Shown here: in pieces, positions 64,000 through 64,000 of the stretch
How positions within the stretch are numbered: the first letter of the stretch is position 1
Layout of the letters: every line of letters starts with the position of its first letter
From: a virus
Virus record (IMG/VR): IMGVR_UViG_3300032265_000877
Location: 1 to 64,000 of that record
DNA: 64,000 nucleotides
Direction: 5' to 3' (one strand)
Notes under the pieces: generated by a model
The model's database searches: none
Told to the model about the DNA's origin: nothing
What the model saw: the letters and a program-made list of their open reading frames with translations, nothing else
Translations under genes and position numbers: made by a program

Positions 64000-64000
64000 C

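Overview
This 64-kb window is part of a large contractile-tailed (myovirus-type) dsDNA phage genome. WhiB and at least seven TANNNT-N6-ATG leaderless starts point to an actinobacterial host (inference). A few + strand genes (1-1003) meet a long - strand arm at a bidirectional terminator. Read from the right end, the - strand arm carries a neck/head-completion gene, a duplicated tail-fibre region (Gly-X-Gln collagen, FN3, Gly-rich and CBM-like fibres with small partner proteins) interrupted by a glycan-enzyme island, five tiny basic peptides, the tail and baseplate genes (sheath, tube, chaperone, tape measure, hub, gp5-OB, gp25, J, I), replication genes (initiator, DnaC, DnaB, primase, dNMP kinase, SNF2, SSB, PolA), recombination genes (RecA, two resolvases, Cas4-like), accessory genes (HslV, SpoVS, Hsp20, metallophosphoesterase), a run of small disordered proteins, an NTase-HAD-TGT-like trio and a class II RNR. 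No tRNA, CRISPR array, integrase or reverse transcriptase was seen. Best leads: (i) the Pol-beta NTase + HAD + degenerate TGT/DpdA-like operon; (ii) a probable +1 frameshift at UUU_CGC in the tail chaperone gene; (iii) CCCCU/AGGGG SD-occluding structures before replication genes; (iv) the beta-propeller/TPR/FkbM/cupin glycan island; (v) a ParB-like gene inserted with a duplicated fmdB 3' end. All product calls come from motif recognition by eye, with no database searches.
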